Shown here: positions 55,538 through 64,000 of the stretch, piece by piece
Layout: each line of letters begins with the position of its first letter
Numbering within the stretch: position 1 is the first letter of the stretch
IMG/VR virus record: IMGVR_UViG_3300047546_003220
Source of the DNA: a virus
Taxonomy: Duplodnaviria; Heunggongvirae; Uroviricota; Caudoviricetes
Reading direction: 5' to 3' (one strand)
Length of the DNA stretch: 64,000 nucleotides
Made by a program: the position numbers and the translations under genes
The notes under the pieces: generated by a model
What the model was told of the DNA's origin: nothing
The model's database searches: none
The model's input: the letters and a program-made list of their open reading frames with translations, nothing else

Positions 55538-57205
55538 TTATTGTGTTTTTCTGTTATACGAAATCAAGTTTTTCATCTTATTCATTTCTTCAGTAACAAT
55601 TTTCAATTTCTTATCTTCTACTGATTCTAACTTATTAAGAATACTACTTGCCTTCTTTGTAGATGACCCCTTGAATTTTGCAAGTCCCCCTTGTGTTTTT
55701 TCTTCACCTGCAGTTTCAATAGGCATAGGTTGTCTTTTATAAGAAGTGTTCATTTGTTCAGCACCATATAAGTTGTCCTTATAGTTTTTCATGAATTTTT
55801 CACCTACCTCACTCGGAACAACATTACCCAAAGCCTTACCGTCTTTATCTTTTACAGCGTTACCTGTTTTAGAATCACCTTTCAAATACATTTCAATCTT
55901 TTCATCTTCTGGTTTGATTTCATCAAAAACAAGATTTGTTTGACCAGGATATGCAAATGCATCTATGTATTCATCTACCGCTTGGGAAGGATGGTATTTC
56001 TTTGTTTTTTCTTTCATTCCTGAAAGGTCATAATTACTCTCTGGAAATTCCTCAGGGTTTTCTTTAAATTCACCGTTAGAACCTGCTTTGACGTATTCTT
56101 TCATTTTTTTAACAACCTCTTTAGCGTAGTCTTCATTTTCTTTCTTAGAACCTGCTAAAGCCTTTTCTGTCTTTTTCAGTCCCTCAGGTTTTTTCTTTGA
56201 AATATTTTCTTTTTCTGCTTTATCTTTTACCTGTTGCTCTAAAACAATATTCTCGATGAAATCAATCAATTCATCCTCACTGAAAGAGATTGTATTTGCA
56301 CTTTCTTTTATTCCTTTCAAAGTCAAAGCCAAGTTTACTTGTTTCAGTAACTTTGAATCGGAAGCCGATAATTTTTTATCTCCCTCGGCCTTTTTCATAA
56401 GTTCTTTTTTCAGCGACTTCAATTTCGCCTGTGGGATTTTTTCATCTTGAGGTACATCTAATTTCTTATGTAGAGCACCTTTTTTCATATCTGTTTTTTG
56501 AATCCAATTCTTTTCTTCTTTAACATTGAATTTTTTTCCGTCAACTTCAAAGGAGTCTTTACCACTTTCTTTTGCTTTAGCTAAAGCACCTGTGAAAGCA
56601 TTACCTTCTTCTGTTTCCGCCTCTTCACCCAGGTCTTTCATTTTTCTAACCCTGAAAGGAACCCCACCAAATTTTTCTTGGTATTTTGAGAAAAATTTTT
56701 CACCATCGTTAGGACTGAACCATGATTGTTTTTTTCCGTATTTAGACATCAAAGAATCAAATGTTGGAAAAACCTCTTCATCATAATCAAAGTCAAATTC
56801 ATCAGTGAATTGTCTATCCTTATCATCAAACCAACCGTGTTCATCATCGAAAGAACCAAAGATTCTGTTTCTTAAGTCAGCCTTGATTTTATTATCTTTC
56901 AATCCTTTACCAACGTAAGTTGGTTCGTCCTGAGATTTTTCTTCAGCATCCTCGATTGAATCATCATTATAGAAAAATTCTTTAGTTTCTTTTTTCTTAG
57001 AACGAAGTTTTTTGAAATCGGCTGCGGTTAATTTACCCTTAGGTGCGGCAACGTCTAATTTTTTTTGTCCTCCTTTTAGGTCCTCATCAACTTCAATCTC
57101 TTGCCACTCACCCATCTCTTCAGAAATTGTTTTTACTTTTGTCTCAATTTCTTCATTGAGAATCTTCGTGATTAAACTATCAATATGTTTTTCAAACTTA
57201 CCCAT
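55538..57205 (-). CDS. large Lys/Glu-rich hypothetical protein (possible virion internal protein)
   Basis: A 555-aa low-complexity charged protein whose N-terminus MGKFEKHIDSLITKILNEEIE fits the shared motif. Confidence 0.35.
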   Translation of the reverse strand: MGKFEKHIDSLITKILNEEIETKVKTISEEMGEWQEIEVDEDLKGGQKKLDVAAPKGKLTAADFKKLRSKKKETKEFFYNDDSIEDAEEKSQDEPTYVGKGLKDNKIKADLRNRIFGSFDDEHGWFDDKDRQFTDEFDFDYDEEVFPTFDSLMSKYGKKQSWFSPNDGEKFFSKYQEKFGGVPFRVRKMKDLGEEAETEEGNAFTGALAKAKESGKDSFEVDGKKFNVKEEKNWIQKTDMKKGALHKKLDVPQDEKIPQAKLKSLKKELMKKAEGDKKLSASDSKLLKQVNLALTLKGIKESANTISFSEDELIDFIENIVLEQQVKDKAEKENISKKKPEGLKKTEKALAGSKKENEDYAKEVVKKMKEYVKAGSNGEFKENPEEFPESNYDLSGMKEKTKKYHPSQAVDEYIDAFAYPGQTNLVFDEIKPEDEKIEMYLKGDSKTGNAVKDKDGKALGNVVPSEVGEKFMKNYKDNLYGAEQMNTSYKRQPMPIETAGEEKTQGGLAKFKGSSTKKASSILNKLESVEDKKLKIVTEEMNKMKNLISYNRKTQ

Positions 57206-57230
57206 TTGTGTATTTTTTATATAAATATCA

Positions 57231-58247
57231 TTATTTAGCTCTTTTGTTTAGTTTGGAATATTCTTGTTCCAAAATAGATATGATAACATTTTCACCTATA
57301 TTATATTTCTTAGAAATAGAACGCACAGCTTCTTTTACTGATTCATTTTTACTTAAAATTAATGCATTTATATCTCCTTGATTACAATAAGGAAACTTTG
57401 TACACTTTTTTTTGACCTTTACAAATGAACCCCCAGGAACTTGTGTTTTTCTACTTGGTCCCCAATCTTTCTTTTTTGTCGACTTGGCCCACATCGATGG
57501 TGATTCATAACCACCTACGGACCCCGAACCAGTTGCTTCTTTGGTTTCTGCTTTTTCAACACCATGAAGGTCCATCGCATTTGTTGCGAGTCCTTCTTTA
57601 AGTTTGGGAGTTTCTTTGAAACTATTTCTCAAAAATTCACTGTCTTTGAAGGCTATCGGACCTGAAAATGCCCCTGATGAACCTGAACCCGTTGCCTCGA
57701 AAGCTTCTTCTTTACCAGGTCTACTCCATTTCCTTTTATTTATAAATGGGTCATCAACTGTAACATTAGGGGTTCCAAAATTGAAATCTCTGTATCCTTG
57801 TTTGTACTTTGCTCTTTTTTTAAAGTCTAAAAAATCTTTATCTAATTGTAAGTCCTTAGAAAATTGTTTCTTAGCAGTCATTTTTGGCTCCTTTGTTTTC
57901 TCGATTGAATTTAGTTTTTTATAATATTTTGGGTCTTCCGTTAAATGGTCAATCGCAATCTCCATTGCCTTTTTCAAATCATTTGTGTGTTCTCTTTCTA
58001 CTTCAACGCCCATATCAAATTGACTAACTAACTCCCAAAGACTAACTCCATGTTTTTTTGATAATTTTTTCAAAGTCATTTCATCTCCTACCCCTCCCTC
58101 TAATTCTTGTTGTTCTTTGAATGATTGTTTCAGAGCCATTGCATCTTTCATAGTTGAAGAATTTAACTTTACGTTTGGTTGAGTTGTGAATGCTTTATCA
58201 ACCGCATTTTTGAAATCTTTAGATGCGTCTTGTTTCATGTTATGCAT
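57231..58247 (-). CDS. hypothetical basic protein with a duplicated EATGSGS(S/V)G motif
   Basis: …EEAFEATGSGSSGAFSGP… and …KAETKEATGSGSVGGYESP… occur about 50 residues apart. Confidence 0.35.
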   Translation of the reverse strand: MHNMKQDASKDFKNAVDKAFTTQPNVKLNSSTMKDAMALKQSFKEQQELEGGVGDEMTLKKLSKKHGVSLWELVSQFDMGVEVEREHTNDLKKAMEIAIDHLTEDPKYYKKLNSIEKTKEPKMTAKKQFSKDLQLDKDFLDFKKRAKYKQGYRDFNFGTPNVTVDDPFINKRKWSRPGKEEAFEATGSGSSGAFSGPIAFKDSEFLRNSFKETPKLKEGLATNAMDLHGVEKAETKEATGSGSVGGYESPSMWAKSTKKKDWGPSRKTQVPGGSFVKVKKKCTKFPYCNQGDINALILSKNESVKEAVRSISKKYNIGENVIISILEQEYSKLNKRAK

Positions 58248-58485
58248 TTTTTAATCTTGGTTCCCAATAACTTCTGTTCATCCACATAAATTGATAAAAC
58301 TCACGGAACATTCTTAAGGTAATATCTTTTATATCACCCTCGAGCTTTCCCCTTTTAATTTCTTTTTGGATTTTATCCATGAGTTTGTCTTCAAACTGTC
58401 GAACAGTATTATTTTCCATAAAGTTTCTAATCTCTTTACGAATCATTACCTCGATTTCTTTAACTTCTGAATTTGTAAGTGCCAT
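58240..58485 (-). CDS. hypothetical small protein
   Basis: An 81-aa ORF. Confidence 0.3.
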   Translation of the reverse strand: MALTNSEVKEIEVMIRKEIRNFMENNTVRQFEDKLMDKIQKEIKRGKLEGDIKDITLRMFREFYQFMWMNRSYWEPRLKNA

Positions 58486-58895
58486 TAGTTTGTAATTAAA
58501 AAGAAGGTTAATACTGCTATTACACCTGTTCCCAATATGGATTTGAATTTATTTTTTACTTTTTCTTTTTTCAAATCAACCTCAAGTTTTTTTGAATATT
58601 TTTCCATTATATCAAACTTTTGTTTTTCAGAATCAATTATGGTTAAATAATTTGTTTCTTTGGCTCTCAGGGTTGTGATAACACTATCTTTTAAAGAAAC
58701 TTTCTTTTCAGTTTCCAACAATTGTTGTTCAGTTAACTTTAATTGAGTTTTAGCCTCGTCTCCACTAACCAAGTCCTTCATTATTTGTTTAACAACAGGA
58801 ATTGGAAAACATTTTTCAACCTTACTTGTATCTGTCTGTGAAAAAGCTATCGATTTCACGAGAAGTAAGCTTATCAATATTGCTAATTTTTTCAT
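58485..58895 (-). CDS. secreted or membrane protein (signal peptide MKKLAILISLLLVKSIAFSQ, C-terminal TM), candidate lysis accessory; the ATG is at 58895
   Basis: Bacteroidetes-type signal peptide; C-terminal ILGTGVIAVLTFFLITN. Confidence 0.35.
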   Translation of the reverse strand: MKKLAILISLLLVKSIAFSQTDTSKVEKCFPIPVVKQIMKDLVSGDEAKTQLKLTEQQLLETEKKVSLKDSVITTLRAKETNYLTIIDSEKQKFDIMEKYSKKLEVDLKKEKVKNKFKSILGTGVIAVLTFFLITN

Positions 58896-59184
58896 GATAT
58901 ATTTCTTTAACAATTGTTTTTTGATTTTTTATTTTGCTGATGGATTGGTCGACTTGTTCGATTTCATTATCGAACTCAGAGATTTTATCTTCCAATTTCA
59001 AATTGTCTTCATGTAATTGTTTGATGACTGAATTTAGTGAATCCAATTGTTGTTTTTGGTCAGCCGCCATTTGAACCCTTGGCGTTAGAAAAAATATAAG
59101 GTAGTATAAAATAAACAAACCGAAGACTACCTTCAGTATTGTTTTATAATATTCTTTAATAAAATTCAAAACTTTTGTTAACAT
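58822..59184 (-). CDS. type-II membrane coiled-coil protein (spanin/holin-antiholin-like candidate)
   Basis: N-terminal TM VVFGLFILYYLIFFL followed by a coiled coil. Confidence 0.3.
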   Translation of the reverse strand: MLTKVLNFIKEYYKTILKVVFGLFILYYLIFFLTPRVQMAADQKQQLDSLNSVIKQLHEDNLKLEDKISEFDNEIEQVDQSISKIKNQKTIVKEIYHEKISNIDKLTSREIDSFFTDRYK

Positions 59185-59185
59185 A

Positions 59186-59767
59186 TTACATTGGTGATTC
59201 TTTTGTCTTCTTTCTGCTTGCCAGTACTTTACCCCATTTAGATTTGAATTTTTGGTAAAACTGTTGAAGCTTGTTAATCATATCCAAAAATTCTTGGTCC
59301 ACTTTAACCATCTGTCCATTGATATAGATTCCACTATCTTCACCAATTGTGAATATGAATTCCAAATCTTCATCAATAACTTTACCTGACCATTCTACAT
59401 TATTTGGATATACATTCAAAACGTTGAAGTCAACTAAGTCTGAAACCTCCTCAACAAACTCATCCATGGTTTCCTGAAAGGCAACCTTATCATCGGTTGT
59501 TATGTCCAAGTCAGATTTATCTTTACCATGAAGGGCTAAAATACCTCCTGAGATTCTGTACTTTTGTACCCTATCCTCTTGAGTTGGTTGTTCATCTTGT
59601 TCAATGTCTGAAACAGCTGTTTCATATTCATTGTCTTGTGAAATTCTTTTTTCTAAATCCTTGGCAACGTTGACTTGAGTGTCTTGCTCAACTAACATCC
59701 TTGATTTTTTTAGGAGATTTTTAATCTCATCATATCTTTCATTCAGCATATTGTTGTTCATTTTCAA
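59186..59767 (-). CDS. hypothetical acidic protein
   Basis: A 193-aa ORF. Confidence 0.3.
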   Translation of the reverse strand: MKMNNNMLNERYDEIKNLLKKSRMLVEQDTQVNVAKDLEKRISQDNEYETAVSDIEQDEQPTQEDRVQKYRISGGILALHGKDKSDLDITTDDKVAFQETMDEFVEEVSDLVDFNVLNVYPNNVEWSGKVIDEDLEFIFTIGEDSGIYINGQMVKVDQEFLDMINKLQQFYQKFKSKWGKVLASRKKTKESPM

Positions 59768-60350
59768 AAAATTTTGCGAAGTTTTCGAAATTAAAAGATG
59801 GGTTCAAATCAGTATATCTACTATCGATATTACTTCTTGATATAATCCCATTCCATTTTGTAATACCTTCTATTTTGGTATTATGTCCAATGGACCTCTT
59901 TTCAATTTGAAGAGAATCAGTTAATTGGTTACATAACCCAGCAAGTGATTCAATTTGAACTTGGGTGTATGGTTGCCAAAAAAAGAAGTCTCTCCATTTC
60001 TTTTCGTAAACTTCTTCTTTATAAATACTCCCAATCCAGTTAATATAATGGTTTGATAATGGTTTCTTCTCGAGCCATCCCAAATTTTCTAAAGATATAA
60101 TTACTGAGTTTTGGTTGATGGTTTCTTTTGAAAAGAAATTGTTAACAGCGGTCTCAGGTAAGAGTTGTAATAACTGGCCGTTTCTTGTAATTACAAAGTG
60201 TGGAACCCTATCGAAACTACCATTATATCTAAGTTTAAGGGAGGTCAAGTATTCCTCGACCTCCCTTGATGTATGAGATAGTATAATTTGAGTTTTGGAC
60301 TTGTGTTTACCTTTGGGTTTGAACGTTCCGTATTTCTGAATATTAAGCAT
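59739..60350 (-). CDS. N-acetylmuramoyl-L-alanine amidase (Amidase_2/PGRP fold) endolysin
   Basis: …IILSHTSRE…RVPHFVITRNGQLLQLLPETAVNNFFSKETINQNSVIISLENLGW… is the typical Amidase_2 (T7-lysozyme-like) pattern. Confidence 0.65.
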   Translation of the reverse strand: MLNIQKYGTFKPKGKHKSKTQIILSHTSREVEEYLTSLKLRYNGSFDRVPHFVITRNGQLLQLLPETAVNNFFSKETINQNSVIISLENLGWLEKKPLSNHYINWIGSIYKEEVYEKKWRDFFFWQPYTQVQIESLAGLCNQLTDSLQIEKRSIGHNTKIEGITKWNGIISRSNIDSRYTDLNPSFNFENFAKFFENEQQYAE

Positions 60351-61071
60351 CCCTTCTAAGATAACTCAAAACTTTTTTTATCGGAGAAGGTTTAACTTCC
60401 TCCACTATAATGGGTTCAGGTAATGGTTGTTCCTCTTGAAGAGTTCCGAATTTCTTTTCATTTAATCTTCTTAATTCTTCCTCTAATTTCTCTAACTCTT
60501 CAGGGGATGGAGTGTATTTAGATTTTTCGACTTCAGCTTCTAATTTGCCTGCCTCTGTACTCAATTTTTCAATGTCTATTTCAAGGTCTTGAATGGGTAA
60601 CTTTTTCTTTTCCTCTTCTTCAAACTTAACTAACATGTGAAGGAAGGATAATGATATTATTGGTAACATTCCTCCTGCAAATAAAGCCAAAAATCTTTTG
60701 TGTCCAATTAAATCACCGCTTTCAACCCCTAAAAATTGAACAACGGGGTCTACCATATCAACCCAATCTTTGAAGGTCTGACTGTTCATATCAATGTATT
60801 GATATGCAAAGAATATATTACCAATAAATTGGATGAGAGTGACGATAATAAAAGGAAAATAAACTTTTTTACCCATTTGAGCTGCGATTGCGGCAAGAGC
60901 CGATAATGCAGCGATTTCAACTCCAATTGAGAGGTATATCGACCAACTCAATGGATTAGAAATACCGTACCATTTTGTTACGTGAGAAATGGATACAATA
61001 GCAACTGTAATTATAGGTACAAGAAATGCAACATAAATCAGAGTTCTAAAATTTTTCTGAATCCAATTCAT
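60343..61071 (-). CDS. 4-TM membrane protein with a C-terminal coiled coil (holin or holin-spanin-like)
   Basis: Four hydrophobic helices followed by a charged coiled coil (…EEEKKKLPIQDLEIDIEKLSTEAGKLEAEVEKSK…). It overlaps the endolysin start by 8 nt. Confidence 0.4.
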   Translation of the reverse strand: MNWIQKNFRTLIYVAFLVPIITVAIVSISHVTKWYGISNPLSWSIYLSIGVEIAALSALAAIAAQMGKKVYFPFIIVTLIQFIGNIFFAYQYIDMNSQTFKDWVDMVDPVVQFLGVESGDLIGHKRFLALFAGGMLPIISLSFLHMLVKFEEEEKKKLPIQDLEIDIEKLSTEAGKLEAEVEKSKYTPSPEELEKLEEELRRLNEKKFGTLQEEQPLPEPIIVEEVKPSPIKKVLSYLRRDA

Positions 61072-61072
61072 T

Positions 61073-61354
61073 TTACTTTTTATTTAATTTTTTTATCTCC
61101 TCTTCTATTTCGGTTTGTCTTCTAACATCTAGCATGTTTCTATCTGTCGCTTGAATCATTCTTTTTTCTGCTTCGAGTCCCGAAATTTTGAGTTCTATAC
61201 TCAACTCTTCTTTTGTAAATGTTGAGTCTTTAATTGCCTTTATCTCTGATTTGATTTTAGCAATGTCTCTAGAGTCACCACAGCTCTTGAAAAAACTAAG
61301 TAATGCGATTATAAGAACAATCGTGGTGAAATTATTCTGAATAAACTTTTTCAT
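61073..61354 (-). CDS. small membrane-anchored coiled-coil protein (i-spanin-like candidate)
   Basis: N-terminal TM IVLIIALLSFF plus a coiled coil. Confidence 0.3.
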   Translation of the reverse strand: MKKFIQNNFTTIVLIIALLSFFKSCGDSRDIAKIKSEIKAIKDSTFTKEELSIELKISGLEAEKRMIQATDRNMLDVRRQTEIEEEIKKLNKK

Positions 61355-61424
61355 ATTTTTATAATTTTAGTACACCCTTAAATTATAAAAGGTGTACTTA
61401 ATAAATACACCCTTTACACTTTAA

Positions 61425-62222
61425 TTACATATAGTCGAACAGAGAACCTGTTTCATTTCTAAGTTTTCGAAGAGCCTTTTCCTTGATTTGTCTAACCCTT
61501 TCTTTGGTTAATTCGAAATCATTTCCAATATCTTCTAAAGTTCTTGTTGAACCAGACAGTCCGAAATAATCTTGAATAATTATTTTTTCTCTTTCATCGA
61601 GAACGTCTAAAAGGGACAACAATTTGTCTTTAAGGGTTTCGTCAGTTGTTAAACCCGCATCAGCAGATTCGGCATTTGGGTTAACAATTACATCTAAAAG
61701 AGTATCTCCCTCTTCGTTGAGAGGACTATCCAAGTTCATCATACTTGGAAGATTAACGAACTTTTCAGGTAATTCTGTACCGTTCAAATCCATTTCTTTC
61801 TTAGCTTTATGTAGTTCCTGAACTACGTTTACTGGGAGTCTTATAGTCCTTGCATTTTCATTTAAGGATTGGAGAATAGATTGTCTAATCCACCATACCG
61901 CATAGGATATGAATCTTAACTTTTTGGTCCAATCAAAATTTTCTATAGCCTTCATTAGACCATAATTTCCTTCGGCAATTAAATCAGGTAAGTCTAAACC
62001 CTGATTTTGATACTGTTTAGAAACTGTAATAACAAATCTTAAATTGCCTTCTAACAATTCTTTTTTTATTTCTTCCTTTTCTTTGAGGGAGATTTTTCCA
62101 GATAACATTCTATCTGCCAAAATTCTTTCTCTCTCAGGAGTCATTACTTTCAACTTTCTAACGTCTTTAAGGTAGACGCTTATTTCTTCTTGATTAATCG
62201 GAATAACACTTTTTTCTCTCAT
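61425..62222 (-). CDS. sigma-70 family RNA polymerase sigma factor (regions 2, 3 and 4)
   Basis: Region 2: LRFVITVSKQYQNQGLDLPDLIAEGNYGLMKAIENFDWTKKLRFISYAVWWIRQSI. Region 4.2: TLEDIGNDFELTKERVRQIKEKALRKLR. Confidence 0.8.
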   Translation of the reverse strand: MREKSVIPINQEEISVYLKDVRKLKVMTPERERILADRMLSGKISLKEKEEIKKELLEGNLRFVITVSKQYQNQGLDLPDLIAEGNYGLMKAIENFDWTKKLRFISYAVWWIRQSILQSLNENARTIRLPVNVVQELHKAKKEMDLNGTELPEKFVNLPSMMNLDSPLNEEGDTLLDVIVNPNAESADAGLTTDETLKDKLLSLLDVLDEREKIIIQDYFGLSGSTRTLEDIGNDFELTKERVRQIKEKALRKLRNETGSLFDYM

Positions 62223-62232
62223 ATTTTATTAA

Positions 62233-62757
62233 TTAATAATTTTTTGAATAGTATTCTAATGTTTCTTTTTCATATGGCGTCAAGGAATCAAATCCTTGCT
62301 TGGATATTTTATCTAAAATTTGGTCCAATGAAGGTTTTTTAACATTTCGTTTAACCTCATTTAATAGAAGTGCAACAAAATCGTCATCATCTTCATCATC
62401 TTCATTAATCCTTAAATTATTTTTTTCTACTCTCATGTCTATGAACATTTCAATATTCTCTGTGCTGTTTTCCAAATCCATCAAATGTTCTTTTATTTCC
62501 TTTGGCATGGAAAATGTAACCTTATCATTCAGTTCGGTTAATATGTAGGCTTCAGTAACACCAAAAAGGATACCCCCTACATAATCAAATATCTCCTCTT
62601 TTGAAACTTCAGTTGCAAAATGGAAAATTAATATTCCTTTTGTGTGTTGAAACTTGAGATTGGGTGAGTCTACGATTGGGGTTAATGAAATTGCCAATTC
62701 TTGGCATTCTTTTTCGGATTCAAAACTTCCGATTACAGTTAAAATATAATTTTTCAT
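62233..62757 (-). CDS. hypothetical acidic protein immediately upstream of the sigma factor
   Basis: A 174-aa ORF with a poly-Asp/Glu stretch. Confidence 0.3.
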   Translation of the reverse strand: MKNYILTVIGSFESEKECQELAISLTPIVDSPNLKFQHTKGILIFHFATEVSKEEIFDYVGGILFGVTEAYILTELNDKVTFSMPKEIKEHLMDLENSTENIEMFIDMRVEKNNLRINEDDEDDDDFVALLLNEVKRNVKKPSLDQILDKISKQGFDSLTPYEKETLEYYSKNY

Positions 62758-62781
62758 AAATTTAATTGATACAAATATAGG

Positions 62782-63321
62782 TTATACACGCTTAGATAAC
62801 CCAACAATTTGATAAAAATCTTTTTTTCCTTCACAATATTCTTTTACTAAATTGAGCAAACTGCGGAACATAAATGCTTCGTCAGATTGTTTTTCACACT
62901 TCGAAAAAAGTTCAACAAACGCAGTCAATGTTTCAATACTATAGTACCCCTCACCTTGTAAAGTATAATGTTTAGTAACCATCAATTTTGGATATTTCAA
63001 ATCGTAATTAATTCTCTCTTCGTGAGATTGAAATCTTACAGACTCATCATAGATTTTGATAAGGTCATTAACGTAGTTAAGAAGGTTGGTTGATTTGTGA
63101 ACAGTTCCCTTTGAACCTTTAACCAACAGGTCCACAATCCAATGTGTATGAGAGGGAGTTCTTAGTCTTTTACCTTCTTCCTTATATTTGACCACAAAAT
63201 CAAGTTCAGGATTCTCACCACGATTTCCTTGATAAATTGCAACTTCAGTTACAGAATCTGTTTTCCAAACTTTGATTGGTGTGTGTTCAATACCACCTTT
63301 TTTGAATGTTAAATGTTTCAT
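62782..63321 (-). CDS. hypothetical protein
   Basis: A 179-aa ORF. Confidence 0.3.
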   Translation of the reverse strand: MKHLTFKKGGIEHTPIKVWKTDSVTEVAIYQGNRGENPELDFVVKYKEEGKRLRTPSHTHWIVDLLVKGSKGTVHKSTNLLNYVNDLIKIYDESVRFQSHEERINYDLKYPKLMVTKHYTLQGEGYYSIETLTAFVELFSKCEKQSDEAFMFRSLLNLVKEYCEGKKDFYQIVGLSKRV

Positions 63322-63794
63322 AGATATACCCTCCCAACTTTCCCTGAATGTTGTTCATACCATTTTCCTTCAGCATCCATCCATACATATGGGTCTGCTG
63401 GATTTTCTGTCCATCCGTATTTCTGATAAAATTCAGGTTCTTTTTTTAATAGGTTTGCTCTGTGTGATGAATGAAATCTTTCATTACCGATAAAAGGTGG
63501 TAGTGTTACTTGGTCTTCGATATATTGTTCAAAATCCATTGTGTTTTTGAATCCACGAACAATCCATTCCGCGATTGCATAATTCATGTAAAGTTTGAGT
63601 GCGGGAACGTAATCTCTCCACATAACAGTACAAGGATGGTTTAACCATCCTTTGTATGGAGTTCCATCCAACTTAGGTCTACGAGTAATAGCTGAAATGA
63701 TTTGATATGTCTCAACACGTTGTTTTCCCAATCTTTTGTTATCAAGAGTTTGAAGGGACTTTCTCATATCGGAATAAGGGAGAAAAATTTGCAT
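63318..63794 (-). CDS. pyrimidine-dimer DNA glycosylase (Pyr_excise / T4 endonuclease V-like family)
   Basis: MQIFLPYSDMRKSLQTLDNKRLGKQRVETYQIISAI…KGWLNHPCTVMW…LKLYMNYAIAEWIVRGF… follows the conserved layout of the Pyr_excise family (M.LWSLHP.YLD…GL.ALWRE……GY.NHPQL..F…). Confidence 0.5.
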   Translation of the reverse strand: MQIFLPYSDMRKSLQTLDNKRLGKQRVETYQIISAITRRPKLDGTPYKGWLNHPCTVMWRDYVPALKLYMNYAIAEWIVRGFKNTMDFEQYIEDQVTLPPFIGNERFHSSHRANLLKKEPEFYQKYGWTENPADPYVWMDAEGKWYEQHSGKVGRVYL

Positions 63795-63833
63795 GGAGCA
63801 AATATAGGAAACAAACCCTCACAAAACAAATTT

Positions 63834-64000
63834 CTACTGACTTACTCTTGAGATATTGTCTGTTTTGGTGATTCTGACCACATTATTGGCCCAGTTGTTT
63901 ACCAATGGGTTGTGTGTGATAACAAATATCTTCTCGAAGTATTCTCTCATTTTCGAGAAGAATTCACCTACCATCTCCAAGTTATCATTTGAAATTTTTC
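63834..64000 (-). CDS. C-terminal fragment of a protein running off the window; possible SMC/SbcC-type ATPase (H-loop-like FVITHNP)
   Basis: The reading frame ends …KIFVITHNPLVNNWANNVVRITKTDNISRVSQ*; the upstream part lies beyond the window. Confidence 0.25.
   Translation of the reverse strand, partial: KISNDNLEMVGEFFSKMREYFEKIFVITHNPLVNNWANNVVRITKTDNISRVSQ

Overview
The window reads as one contiguous piece of a large, AT-rich phage or prophage genome whose host is a Bacteroidetes (Flavobacteriia-like) bacterium. Almost every gene lies on the minus strand, in tightly packed and often 1-30 nt overlapping units, with three short plus-strand islands. Host-type Bacteroidetes sigma-A -7 boxes (TAnnTTTG) sit about 20-30 nt upstream of at least six ATG starts, and strong rho-independent terminators punctuate the units; two of them share an identical 27-nt core. 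Phage hallmarks include a DUF3310 protein, a lysis cassette with an Amidase_2 endolysin, and a phage-type sigma-70 factor. There are also three tandem collagen-like fibre genes that each end in an endosialidase-chaperone (S74) autoproteolytic domain, an initiator-like tRNA-Met, and a DUF932 protein beside a possible PcfJ-like protein. The remaining content is accessory or auxiliary. It comprises two orphan DNA methyltransferases (Dam-like D12 class and beta-class SPPY), a truncated UvrC-like dual nuclease beside a DUF262/HNH nuclease, a pyrimidine-dimer glycosylase, DnaJ plus a CxxCxGxG-repeat protein, thioredoxin and glutaredoxin, Nudix, a PduO-type corrinoid adenosyltransferase, an SPFH protein, an APS-kinase in an operon with an HxGH nucleotidyltransferase, a large DHH/DHHA1 phosphoesterase, a TonB-dependent-receptor-like protein with a lipoprotein and an OmpW-like barrel, LRR and MORN repeat proteins, and a histone-H1-like protein. 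The most unusual elements are: (i) an ORF-free, GC-elevated stretch of about 1.05 kb that is co-oriented with and downstream of the tRNA and closed by a terminator, which I suspect is a large structured ncRNA; (ii) a short N-terminal amphipathic motif (consensus roughly L-x-x-I/L-I/L-K/R-E-Q/E) shared by ten or more otherwise unrelated proteins, possibly a virion-targeting propeptide; (iii) a candidate PAPS/sulfation or DNA-modification module; and (iv) the triple collagen-fibre locus with neighbouring GT-A-like paralogs. Many ORF-track starts are TTG or GTG extensions, and I moved those I could check to the nearest ATG. All functional calls rest on motif recognition by eye and need HMM or structure confirmation.
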